Positions 1-12,029 of a stretch of 62,252 nt of DNA are shown here, one piece after another. The notes under the pieces were generated by a model. The model was not told the origin of the DNA, did not search any database, and saw nothing but the letters and a program-made list of their open reading frames with translations. The DNA lies in the NCBI GenBank assembly GCA_030264375.1, contig JASCQW010000190.1:21159593-21221844 (forward strand), given 5' to 3'. Each line of letters begins with the position of its first letter. Position 1 is the first letter of the stretch. This DNA is from Carcharhinus longimanus. Its lineage: Eukaryota. The position numbers and the translations under genes were made by a program.

Positions 1-212
1 GACATTCCCGATCCAAGCTGACAAGACGGGGCTCTCACTGCCTGTCTTGGGCTTGATCTACATGATCCAAGCTGATTGGAGTAGGCAGAGCTCCTCCTCC
101 GAGACTTGATCTCATTTGCATCTTAGCCAAAAGGCCGAGATGCTGCTTTTAAAAATAGCTTCAAATGAAGCTTAAATGTAACCTAATGACTTCAACCAAG
201 TGCAGCACATCG
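1..212 (-). mobile_element. 5' end of a probable U2-targeting non-LTR retrotransposon (Keno/Tx1-like); runs off the window start
   Basis: Follows the U2 fragment at about the known Keno insertion position and contains a second internal U2-like segment TCTCGGCCTTTTGGCTAAGAT (140-120). The ORFs are not in the window. Confidence 0.6.
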
Positions 213-250
213 ATATTATACTTGATCCTAGCCAAAAGGCCAAGAAGCGT
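211..250 (-). pseudogene. U2 snRNA 5' fragment (about nt 1-40)
   Basis: Minus strand reads ACGCTTCTTGGCCTTTTGGCTAGGATCAAGTATAATATC versus the U2 5' end ATCGCTTCTCGGCCTTTTGGCTAAGATCAAGTGTAGTATC. Similarity stops at about U2 nt 37-40. Confidence 0.9.
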
Positions 251-326
251 CGCTGTGTACCTAAAATGCACCATTGAATATATTCAACTTTGAAACATTG
301 TATTCATTAAAGTTAGGATTACATTC

Positions 327-735
327 ATTAGAGCTTAGAAGAGTGAAAAGAGATTTCATAGAAACTTATAAAATTCTAATAGGATTAGACAGATTCTGAA
401 AGAATGTTCCTAATGGCAGGCAAGTCCAAAACTAGGAATCATAGTTTGAGGATAAAGGGTAAACCTTTTAGGTTTGAGGTAAAGAGAAATTTCTTCACCC
501 AGAGAGTGGTGAACATGTGGAATTCACTACTACAGAAAGTAGTTGAGGCCAAAAGATTGTGTGATTTCAAGAAGAAATTAGATATAGTTCCTGGGCTAAA
601 GGAATCAAGGGATATGGGGGGAAGGGGGGAATCAGGATATTGAATTTGATGATCAGCTATAATCATAATGAATGATGGAGCAGGCCCAAAGGGCCAAATA
701 GCCGATTCCTGCTTCTTGTTTCTATGTTTCCATGA
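327..735 (+). mobile_element. CR1 (HER1-like) LINE 3' fragment
   Basis: ORF 404-643 has the CR1 ORF2 C-terminal motif RNFFTQRVVNMWNSL, followed by the typical tail ...GGAGCAGGCCCAAAGGGCCAAATAGCC...TTCTATGTTTC. Confidence 0.9.
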
Positions 736-1844
736 AAGACCGGATGAGAAAGATATGGTAAAAATATTGTGTGGCTGGAAAAAATGCTATCGAGATGCAA
801 TATATGCAGAAAATTAGTTTCTATCACCAATTATCCAAGGTGCAGAAGGAAAGCTGAATGTTCACTTCAAAGATGTAGAATGTGGTTTCTTTTCCTCCCT
901 CGCAGAATCACAAGAAAGCTTTTCCCAGCAGACTCGAACAACACCACAGTTCAAATCATTAATGAAGGAAACAAGTGATAAAAGAATTCGAGTCTGTCAC
1001 AATGGTTATTAAATGTACTGTCTAATCTATCTACAGCGGCAGAGTGATTTCAAGTACCCAATAATATATAGGTGACCTTTAGGTAGACAGGCGCATTTCT
1101 GATTTTAATAAACCACACACGTTTGCTGAAATGTGCCTGTTTATAATATATTACTGTGTGCGGAATTTCCTCACAATCTACTCTGCAGCTTTCTCTGTGG
1201 TAAATTGGCAGTAATGACATCACAGAGAAACCTAATATCATCCTGTGAATGTTATCTGGCACTGCATCGAGACACCAGAGTATTTCCACACACGGAAATA
1301 TACAAATAAACGAAAGTTTTTTTAAAAATTCATACACCGAATATATTTTATCAAATAGTAGGTACAAAAAAGGGGTGAGTTAAAGGCCGTAATCTAATCT
1401 TTGAGTTTCAGTTGACATTTATAAACCATTGAGCTTCACTCTCGCAGGTTATGATGTCATCTAAACCCCTCAATTAGGTTACAATCTTGTAACTCACTGC
1501 GAGAATCTACTATTCTATATTTATTTTGTGCAGCCGATTCAGAAACGATCAGGTTTTGTTATAATGTTGAATTCTCATGAAGCTCTTTCACCATCACATG
1601 TCCTTGACTGCATTTAAAACTCCAAAAATAGTGATAAATGCCACTTATCCTCCAATAATAAGGACCCAGGCTGGCTTGAACTGTACACATATCAATCATT
1701 ATTTCGTCAGAATGTTGCTGTTGGTATGAAGGATCTCAAAATATGTTTTAAAAAAAGAATGAAATCAGACTTTACTAAAATGCCTGTTCAGGACAAAGTG
1801 TGGGAAGGTACTTTTCCATTCTTTTATTTAACAAAAAATGTTTT

Positions 1845-1962
1845 TAGAAGGAGGCCATTCAGCCCATTGAGTGTGGGCCGATTCTCTGACAGAGGATCTT
1901 ACTCGGACCTTCTCCCCACCCCACCCGCATAACCCCACACGTTTACCATGGCTAATCCATCT
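1845..1962 (-). mobile_element. HE1/V-SINE 3' fragment (CR1-type tail)
   Basis: GAAGGAGGCCATTCAGCCCATTGAGT...ACCATGGCTAATCCA matches the full copies in this window. Confidence 0.7.
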
Positions 1963-4900
1963 ATGATAGAATGCAATAATAGTAATTTAAACAAGATGAT
2001 CTGAGTTACATTCATAGTTCAACATAGTATCTGCTTTCAGGTTTCCCAGTATTACTGTGTTTCCTCACCAACGAGAGATCATTGCCCAGAGAGAACTGTA
2101 CTCCAGAGCATCTCTTGCTGAGTCCTTTAGGAAGCAGCATGGAAGACATGGGCCATTGTGGGCTGTAAACCAAATGACTAGACTCATAAATTAGAACATT
2201 GTGCCATTGGCAGTATTCCCACCCCACGCCCCCTCCGCCAACCAGTCCACTGACCCACCCCTGGCTTGTTCCACAATTATACAGATGACTGAGGAGATGT
2301 TGATGGATCACCCAGCCATGGACCAATTAATCCTTAATTTATGGCCTTATCGTACCACTGATCCAATATAATGGGCAGCACGAGAAACCTTTGCACAATG
2401 CGAAGCCTTGAAGTTGTAACCCCATAAGCTACTGAATTCCACCTCAGGACTTTGTAGTCAAGAAAGCTGTATTGTTAATGTGGCCAACCAGGCTGAGTGA
2501 ATCCTTCCAATGCATCCCAATGGCGGGCTGTAAAAGTGGGAGAGATTCCTGGTCAACCATGTGGTCGAAAAAAACATTGGCGTCTCTACCATCACTATCC
2601 GTACCTCCAAACTACAGTGCGCACATGTTACTACAATGAGTCAGATTACCTGAGTAAACAAAAGGGAAAATCCTAACTTTCCAATGTATCAGAAAGATGT
2701 TACAATGCAAAGACAGACCAAAAATAAATGACCATTAGGTCAAATCACATGCAGGTTTAGCTAAATGAGAAAAATCCATGCAAAATTAGTTGATGAAGGA
2801 GAGTTAGTTTCTGTTGATAAATAAGCATTCCATATCTTTGCCTTGTGCTAGATTCCTAGATTAAATTTTAGACACCGTTACCAGATGATAGCTGAGTCAA
2901 AAGTGGGTTTGAATTTTGAGAAATCTGGAACCACTTTGAAACATTGTGAGGGGCAACTGCTATTATAAATTTGGCAGTGCCATGTAACCTTTGAAAATGC
3001 TGCTGAAGGAGTACTCCCGCCTTCTTACTTTGTTGCATATTTTATTGATAACATATTTCCACTAATTTTGAATAAGTAACCGTGGCTTTAGTAAAATCTC
3101 TTTAATTTGGAAAACGTGTAGCGAGCAGACTTCAAGGTGAATTTTAAAGGGTTTTTTAAAGTCACAGATTTTAGTTGTGCAATAACAGAAGAGGCCTAAA
3201 TAATGATTGATCAAAACCCTCACAGGATTTTGATTATCTGCACTGGATAGAGTGTCAAAATGCACGATTCTTGAACCAGAAATGAGGTTAACTAACAAGC
3301 CCTGCTTCTTCTGATGACACCATATCCATTTCCTATACGTTGAAGCTAACAGTGCTACCTCCTGGTAAAATGGGAATAAAAAAGCGCAGACCATGCTTAT
3401 TTTCCCAGTTTCCTTTTCCCCCCGGGGAACAGGAGAGTAAGTGATTTAATAACTGGCTTGAGCTTTAAGGCTGGAGTATATATTGGAAATTAATATTTTA
3501 GACCTCCTAGCACAAACACAACAATCTCTGCTGTTTATCTATAATTATTTTTAAAGTACATATTTTTTTGCACAAGTGACAGAGGCCTGCAAGGTAATTC
3601 AGCTAATGGCACCTGCTACTTTTCAGTTTGTATCAGCATTTAGTGGTAAAGATTAACCTTAAAAAAAAGTAAGTGGATTAGACGTGAATATTTTCTGCTC
3701 AATAGATGTCACTTGCACGAGCTTGCCAATCATGGAGCGACTTGGCTTGGGAAGTTTTGTCACTCTCTTTGCATTGCCCCTCACATTGTGAAGGCAAGAC
3801 GATACGCCACTCGCACAGAATAAGGCTGCTTAAGAAGGAAAGCATTGCAGGTATGCATTGATAAACAGGCTGACCTTGAATTAAAAGGGTTTTTTCAGGA
3901 GATAAAGTTGAACGGTTGAAGATTTAACTATTGTATGATGGGTAATAATCTATTATAGAAATCCCAGAAGCCATTGTAGCCAAATGCATTGCAAAAATCT
4001 GATCTCTTGTCCTCAAGAAAACAATTGTGCGAACTGAATTAAAAAAAACCTTCTCCTAAAGAATCTGACAGTGAAATGAAAGAAAAAGTATTGCGGGAAG
4101 CCGAATAAATGTTCTTCCAAAACCTCAACCTTTGAGTCTATTTTATAATATGATAAAAGACTTTTTTTTTACTTTGGACAGAAACTGTTCTAATGTTCTA
4201 ATGGAGCTTTATGTCAGTTAGGTTTTGGCAGCCACAGACCCCAGTAGACCAAGAACACATCTGCACCAGGTCAAAATCATCTTAAAAGCAAAGGAAAAAA
4301 TATCCCTTCACACAGAAAAATTCCCTAACCGGCTGATGTTTATATGTTGTATCCCACAGTTCCTATAGGGGATATAAGAAAATTTATGGAAGACAGGCAA
4401 TTCATATTATCTGGAAAATCAATACAATTTAATAAAGAACATATGGAGAAATTATAGTCAAAACGCAAAATTGAAGAGCAAAACGTCAAAACAACAGAGA
4501 AATTAATGTAAAATATATCTTTAAAAAGACAGAACAAAGACAGGAAGAAGATAAGAGAATCTTATCTGTTCAAAGTGCAGAGGACCCATGAAATGGCAGT
4601 TCACAGAAGTCCTTTGAGAAATACCAATTTAAAGGAAAGTATCACTCGTGTGCAAAGGTAAGAATTAGCTATTGTCTTTGTTCTGTTACGAAAATATATT
4701 CCTAACCTGTAAATTTCAGTTTCTCTATTGTAATCTTCTAATCCATACTGTTACTAAAGTGCCAGTAATAGAAGGAACTGGAGCATCCAGACTCTGCAAT
4801 CCTTAAGTGCTGGGTGAACATCAATTTTAAGAGTAGGCAAGATCTAGGTTAAAAAATAGATGCATTTTACCCAGTCTAACCATTTACCCTTAAATCACTC

Positions 4901-7900
4901 TTCATATTGTTTCTTGTCCTTAACCTAAAAGAGTTATAATATATTCTACAAGAATATCTTGAAGCAGAAACAAAGAATTTCAGTTAACTTTCGTTGGAGA
5001 AATGCACACATATGAATAAAAGAAACATTGAACGCACAAAATTCCTTTCACTCCAAATGTATCAACATAGCAATGCATGTCTGTGACAGATGTAGCACAA
5101 CTCTCTTCCATTTGAAAAAATTGCACATTTTAAACAATCTTTGAATTTAAATCAAATCTTTGTCATTTATTGAGACCCCCCCAAAAGACTATTATTACAA
5201 TTTACAACATAAATTAAACTCTCAAACTATAAATTAAGTATGGTCTATTAATTTCATGAATATATTTTTGATTGCTAATCATGATGTGAACTAAGTAAAG
5301 CATCATACTGAAAAGTATCTGGCAAGCAGGTTGTTTTCTTTCAAACACGAACACTTGGCATTGGTTGTCTGAGTGACTACTCTGCTTAGCATGGTTTGTA
5401 ACACAGTGCTCAGGTGGACACAAATGATACAAGTAATTCTCACCTGTACTGATCTTTATTCATTATTCCTCTTTACCAAAATCTCCAAGAGATTTTTACA
5501 GTATTAAATTCATAATTGATGCTAAGTTTTACTTCTTTCCTCACTTGCATATTGTTTCAATATTACAAATGCTTCAGAAAAGCTACGTGTTGAGATTTGG
5601 ATTTTTCTACAGTTTCGAGCTAATCCTATCCTCTGGTCACATAGCACTTCTGAGGAACGCAGTAAAGACTGTAATAACTTTAAAGAAAACATGCGAGAGG
5701 TTATTTAATAGGCTTATTTAACATCAACCTGAAAATATAAATTTATCAAATCTACAAAAACATCAAAATTAAAGTGCTCCGATTGTGCCTTTTATTAGAC
5801 TTTAAATCAGGCTAACACTGGTATGCAGACACACTGGAACCTGGGTCACGGAGCAGTAATTTACACTGCCAGCCAGCTTCTGTGTTAAATTAAGAATGCT
5901 AGCATTTTGGTCGGTTATCAGTGCTCTATAACAAATACAGGACAATTTTTTTTGATATATTAATTTTTGACCAAATGTCCCCCGCTTGACTGCTGTAACG
6001 AGGTATGATATATTGAGCTCAGGCGGTTGCCTAGGAGACCTGGGTCCCCTGTTACTTGTCATTACAGTGCAAACAAGTCCTGGCATATAATGTCATTCCA
6101 GTCATCATAGAGAAATAAGGCAATGCTGGCCCATAGTTAATTGCATGCAGACACATCACAACCACTAAAAAGTCCCATTTTGTTTGCAAATAAGAACAAG
6201 AGGTTTCTGAATAGTTAGGATCAGAAACATGCTGTAATTGCATTTGAACACTTAATTCCACAAAAAGCAATATAGCCCACATTGAAGCACGGGCTTTTTG
6301 TGAATAACTGGAAATTGCACCACGAAAATGGAAGGCATGGATTTGGATGGTACATTGTAGACTAATGCATTTTATGGGAGAAGAGTGGATACATGGTGGT
6401 CGCTTTTCCTTTCCTTTCAGTGAAGATATGGTGGTCACGTCTGTTCGGTTGTTTCTTTTCTTTCATCTTCCTTTTTTATTTTCAAAGGAGACAGGGCAAT
6501 GGCTAAATAATGAGCTGTAATTTTCAATTGTAAAGTGCACCTTCCATAGGCTTTCTATTTGGATCTGATATTTTTTGATTTACCATTGCAATAAGGTGGA
6601 AAGATCAAAGCACAGGCCTTTTTTTTACTTCCCCTTTTATTTTAAACTTAGAAGAGGTGGATGATTTAGCAATTTATATTCTAAATGGAAATTACAGCTG
6701 CTTTTGGTTCCTGAAGATGGTAAAAATATAACTTCTATTAACGTGCAAACAAAGGCCTCTAAATAAAATGTATTCAGCGAAATTACCTTTCGTAAAAATT
6801 TCCAATAGTGTAAATTATGTTTTTTTCCCTTGAATACCGGCATAAGTAAGGGTGTTTTCCAGTAAATAATGCACCATCCATTTGATATTTTGAGATGGGG
6901 CATATTATTCAGATATGGTACTTACAATGGACTGGACTAAAAACAGTCTAGACTCAGACGGAACCAACACACAGAAAAATATTACGTCAAATCTATTGTA
7001 ACTTGCAAAGTCCTAGCGGATCCTCTAAGATTGTAAAAATCCTATTTGACTTATAATNNNNNNNNNNNNNNNNNNNNNNNNNNNNNNNNNNNNNNNNNNN
7101 NNATGTAGGGTTTTTCAGTGAGCAATCCTATGGAATATTTTGACAGGGAAATAAAAAATTTTTAAACCACACTTGAATTTGCAGTACTGTACAGTGAAGA
7201 TTGTTTCCAATTCTGAATGTTCCATCTGTGGGGTGTCTGCTTTTTTATTTAACTTGTTATGAAAATTATAAATAAATTGGCTGCTTTGCAAGGAAGTACT
7301 TAATATTTTTCAAATCTAAAATTGAGAGTAGACAAATGGCCTTATGTCACTGAAGGGACAGGACTTTCTAGAAAAAGTTTTTTACATTTAAAGCAAACAC
7401 CGCAATCAGAACAAAGCTGACTCACTCTCAATGCCCATGATGGTTATTTCCAAACACAGGCATGAATGCTAACAGCAAGATGCTCAACTATATTCTATAG
7501 CCATACAGATATATTTGTTTGTAGTTCTGTGCCTCACTTAATTTGTGCAGCATATCAACGCAAAACCAGACTAAGCCATAAAATACAGGTACACACTGGT
7601 GAACCCTGGTGGGCAGTTTCTGATACTGTTTCGAGCGTCGGGGAAACTCCAAAGAAAAGCTGATCATTTGCCAAGGGGATCTCGAGATGCTCTTGCGTAC
7701 CTCTCGACGACCTGTCACAAAACGAGGCGAGACTGAGACGTGGGAGCAAGCCACCTTTTACATTTCGATGTGAGGGAACAGGACATCTCCTGGGAAACTG
7801 AGGAAGAATGAAACAAATAATAAAGGATAGGAATTGAACGAATGATTAACCCATTCTTAGTCATCTTAGCAGCTAAGTTTAAGAAGCAAATTAAATATTG

Positions 7901-7969
7901 CCAACAATAATAAAAACAAATTTCTAACCAAAAGCTTTCTTTCAACAGGACGTGTTACAAGATGATTCT

Positions 7970-8821
7970 TAGGGGATGCCTGATTTCTCACCTCTCGCAG
8001 TCTTACTGGCACTGGTTTCCCGGTGAGATCAGCCTCACGCGCTTTTATAATGTTTAAATTCTATGATAACGAAAATTTGCATATTACAATTGAGCCTGAG
8101 GCACAAACATCTAGAATCATTTGCCTTAGCAGCCTCTGGACAAGCTTCTAACCTGCAAAGTTCATGCATGATCCCCATCAACGCAGACCTATGGAGATAG
8201 CCTCACCAGTAGGATTGGAGGCCCTCTCAGGAGGTTGGGAGCAGTCAAGGCAGTGCTCCTTCATTGATGGCAAGGGATCTCATGGGGGTGAGGCTGGAGG
8301 GGGCATAGCCAACTGGGAAGGATGGAGTCTGAAGGGACGAAGCCTAAGGGGAGGTGAGTGGGGGGGTCGGGACAAACTCTGCAACCGGGATCAGGACAGG
8401 TGGAGGGGAGAAATGCTGTGCATCCTGCAACCAGGATTGGTGAGTTGTGCACTCTAAAACTGGCAATCGACCAGGATAGGCTGGGGAGGAGGGAGGGGGC
8501 CAATCAGCAGCTCTATGCAGGCCGCACAGCCCAACAATAGCTGGGGTGGGGGAATCAGAGACAGATCCCTGTGGTCCGTGCTGTTGCACACAGCACAAGA
8601 GAGATCTGCGCATGCAAAATAGTGCCTTCCACTGTAAGCTGCCAGCTTTCAGGCAAGCTTAGGCCCTGTCCCCTCCCCCTGCTGGTAGGAAACAGGTCTT
8701 GCTTAACATTTTTCCTCAGAGTGTGGAAAGATTGGATTTTTAACTCACCCAAAAATCAACGAGATTCTCTCCCATTTTCATGCTCATTTGGCACTTCAAA
8801 TTATTTTGGTGAGATCGCCCC
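7970..8821. mobile_element. GC-rich non-autonomous DNA transposon (Harbinger-like, GGGGCG-type TIR)
   Basis: The reverse complement of the right end (GGGGCGATCTCACCAAAATAATTTGAAGTGCCAAATGAGC) is homologous to the left end of the 34864-35901 element. Confidence 0.6.
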
Positions 8822-9775
8822 GCCCCCCCCTTAGAGATAAGATATTGTACATGCATATTTTTCACATAAAGTAGACATAGGCCTTTAATCTGGAAAGATC
8901 TTTCCATAAACATCTGTTGACTGCACTCTGGTGAAACCCTAGCATAAGGCTCTTGAAAAAAATGAACGGTGCAGATTTACTGTAAGGAACAAAATGAGGA
9001 GGGTTTCTCTTTGAGCAGAGTTTCATCATGACAAGGTGAATTAAATGGTGGTCAGGTAACTGATGGCTCCAGGATACAGGGAGATAATGTAGTATGAAAA
9101 TAATGGCATATGGAGATTTTAAATCTGAAGACTTCTGATACCAATTTACTCCTGTAGGATTCAGTTGTCGATCCCACTGTGAGCTGAAACTGGATTTCAT
9201 ATTCTTCTGTGGAAAAAAGTGACAGCCTTGACTGGTGAGGTGTATCGCGGGTAAATTATAGATGTAAGACGGAAGCTGCACACAGAGCTAGTCAGACAGG
9301 AGTTATCAATTTCACAGAACAAAAAGTTTTAACAATTTTCCTGTGATGGCTGCAGGAGAGCGTTAGTAACAGCGTTACAGGTCAGCTAATGAAATAAGAA
9401 AACAAAGATTTCTTAAAAAGAGCTGCATTTCATATACAGCCTTTGTACAAGCTGCTATAAGAGCCATACATAATTTAACTGACACGGTGGAACTTTTTCA
9501 ACAGTTCACATCAATAGCAGGCTGATATTGTGAAATAAAATAGAACACAGGAGAACGGCCAACACTTCTGATCTGAGGATGGGAGTGATTATAATCCTCT
9601 TTGGGCTGAGTTATAATGGTGCCTACTTACTTGAAGCTTTTCACTGTGACTTATTGTCTGCGATGTTGCAGTCAAGAAGTGGAAGCTATAACCTTATGCA
9701 ATTTTTTATTCAACTTTATTTTTCTGCCTCTACATGTTTTTTAAGGATTGTTGCATTTCTCCTATTTTGATTCAT

Positions 9776-9850
9776 AAAGTTTAAAAATTATTTATTAGTC
9801 ACAAGTAGGCTTACATTAACACTGCAATGAAGTCACTGTGAAAATCCCCT
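9776..9850 (-). mobile_element. V-SINE 3' tail fragment (alternative, Rex1-like tail)
   Basis: TTTATTAGTCACAAGTAGGCTTACATTAACACTGCAATGAAGTCACTGTGAAAATCCCCT is the reverse complement of the tail of the copies at 13628 and 41440. Confidence 0.85.
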
Positions 9851-9970
9851 TGGAGACAAATGATGAGTTCAGCCCATGGACATATCTATCTAGCGCCCAG
9901 CAAAAGACACACTTCAAAAGCGTGGAAAAGAGATCGTTTCCAGTTAGCCGTCACTCCCCCAATCCAATAA

Positions 9971-10465
9971 TTTGATCTGATTTTATTATTGTACAATCAT
10001 ATGTATTGGGATACAGTGAAAAGTATTGTTTCTTGCACGCTATACAGACAAAACATACCATTCATAGAGCAAATAGGGGAGAAGGAAAGGAGAGGGTGCG
10101 GGACGTACTGTTACAGTCACAGCTTGGGTAGAGAAAGATCAGCTTAATATATATTGGTTCCATTCAAAAGTCTGATGGAAGCAGGGAAGAAGATGTTCTT
10201 GAGTCGATTGATGTGTGACCTCAGACTTTTGTATCTTTTTCCTGACGGAAGAAAGTGGAATTTTACTGCCCCACCTGCCNNNNNNNNNNGGGCAGGGGGT
10301 GGGTGGGGGGGTCGGTACCATGCAAAGGTCTGTTGACCTCAGGTGGGATTTTCTGGATTTGGGGAGAGCATGGCTCAAAAATCCCACCCTATGTCTGGGG
10401 TGCGTAGGGACCTTGATAACGCTGGCTGCTTTTCTGAGGCAGCGGGACAGTGTAGATGGAGTCAA
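9971..10465 (-). mobile_element. Rex1/Babar LINE 3' fragment interrupted by a MITE
   Basis: Translation SRCLRKAASVIKVPTHP resembles the Rex1 ORF C-terminus. The tail CTTTTCACTGTATCCCAATACATATGA...AATAATAAAATCAGATCAAA matches the Rex1 tails at 45900 and 48480. Confidence 0.8.
10254..10389. mobile_element. About 125-bp MITE
   Basis: GTGGAATTTT...CATGCAAAGGTCTGTTGACCTC...AAAAATCCCACCC; same family as 24897, 49008 and 52479. Confidence 0.75.
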
Positions 10466-11589
10466 AACATAATACGGAAAATGCTAATTTATAAGCATTG
10501 TGGAAAGAAGGAGCTCAGCTGGAAGACATGTTCAAAAAGGGGAGAGATGTCTAGCATACACGCTCTCCAATAACTATCCCTAAGATTCATCGAGCTGATT
10601 TCCAGAAAAGAATAGGAAATGTAAGTAATTCAAATTGAGACTCTGGTTAAGGTTTAGTTTTCCCAGCTGATGGCCTAATATGTAACACTTATAACCATCT
10701 GGTTACTGGCTATCAATACTTAAGGTAAGCATTTACGGTTTTCCAATAACAGTAGTGAGACATGAATGCATAAAAGGAAGTCAATTTTGAATGGGAAAAG
10801 CAGATATTATCTGCACGTGTCCCTGCAAGGTTTCTGTAAATGACAGAGTGGATGTTATTTGGAATGGCTTCAACTGAAGTGTGAACCCAAAGCGAATTTT
10901 GCTTACTAATATGAGCCATCAGTAATATTGCTTGCCATTCATAAACTGCATCATGGAAATTAACTGAGGCAAAAAAGGCAATTGTTTTTCAATAATGGGG
11001 AATTGTCACTAAGTTGATGACTGTGACTTAAATAATCACTACAAACTGAGCTGTACTGATTATTATAAGAACTGAATTAACAGGATATCAGATTTGTCAT
11101 TTTGGGAACAGATTTTGATCATTATGTGCAACTGGTGATCAATATAAAAGAGTTTCACTGTGTAACAGATTCCCCTACAAGCCCATTATCCTCTGCACGC
11201 ACAAATCTTCAATGTATATAGCTGATGTTGTATTGATTTTGTGCCCTGCTAGTATTGCTGGCTTTGCAACATGTGGCTCTTGCTTAGCTGGTGGCAATCT
11301 CAAAGTTGGTTTGCAAGACTTGTTAAAGCTGATTGGCAGCAAGACATCCTGAAATCAGTCACCTACTTCTGCATAAGCCACAAGCAATTCTACACAGTGA
11401 CATGTGGAGAGCCATGGAGAGTACATCTTCTGATCCACGTTCACTTATTCAGTTGAAGTTGGTAATGAAGATATGTTTCTTCATGATCACAGTTGGATAT
11501 ATCTTTGTATTTGTAAGCCATGTTTCCTTTAATCGACCCTTTGGGATGTCATTCCAACCAGCACCTCCCCCCCTCCCCTCCCCATCCAT

Positions 11590-11872
11590 CACGATGGCAC
11601 AGTGGTTAGGACTGCTGCCACACAGTGCCACAGGTTCAATTCCGGTCTTCGGTCACTATCTGTGAGGAGTCTGCATGTCCTCCCCTGTCTACGTGTGTTT
11701 CCTCCGGGTGTTCCGGTTTTGTCTCACAGTCTGAAAGATGTGCCGGTTAGGTGCTTTGGCAACGTTAAATTCACCCTCAGTGTACCTGAACAGGCACTGC
11801 AGCGTGGCGACTAGGGGATTTTCACTGTAACTTTATTGCAGTGTGAATGTAAACTTACTTGTGACACTAATA
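11590..11872 (+). mobile_element. tRNA-headed V-SINE (HE1 head, alternative tail)
   Basis: A box TGGCACAGTGG, B box GGTTCAATTCC, V domain, tail GGCGACTAGGGGATTTTCACTGTAAC...GTGACACTAATA. Confidence 0.9.
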
Positions 11873-12029
11873 CCCCCCCCATCCCCAACTTGTCAATTCT
11901 CATGTATCCAGAAGATTGGTTTGGGTCACAAACTAGTCAATGGTCTCGAACCCCGACTAGCTTCAGAAAATATAGTTCAGAAAGAAAATAAGTGAGAATG
12001 TGAATGTATCGCTCTGTCCAGCAACCATG

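Noticed and set aside
5444-5728. Minus-strand exon-like segment (TTTTCAG| ... CAG|GTGAGA)
   Set aside because: Early stops in all three frames; splice-like motifs alone are insufficient evidence.
6968-7148. Possible ancient palindromic DNA element (CACACAGAAAAATATT ... AATATTTTGACAGGG)
   Set aside because: The inverted repeat is short and imperfect and the centre is a gap; it cannot be supported without a search.
8862-9281. 139-aa minus-strand ORF in unique DNA
   Set aside because: Non-ATG start, no recognisable domain, and no convincing paired splice signals; compatible with chance.
11590-11660. tRNA-like A/B boxes (many copies)
   Set aside because: These are SINE heads continuing into V domains, not tRNA genes.
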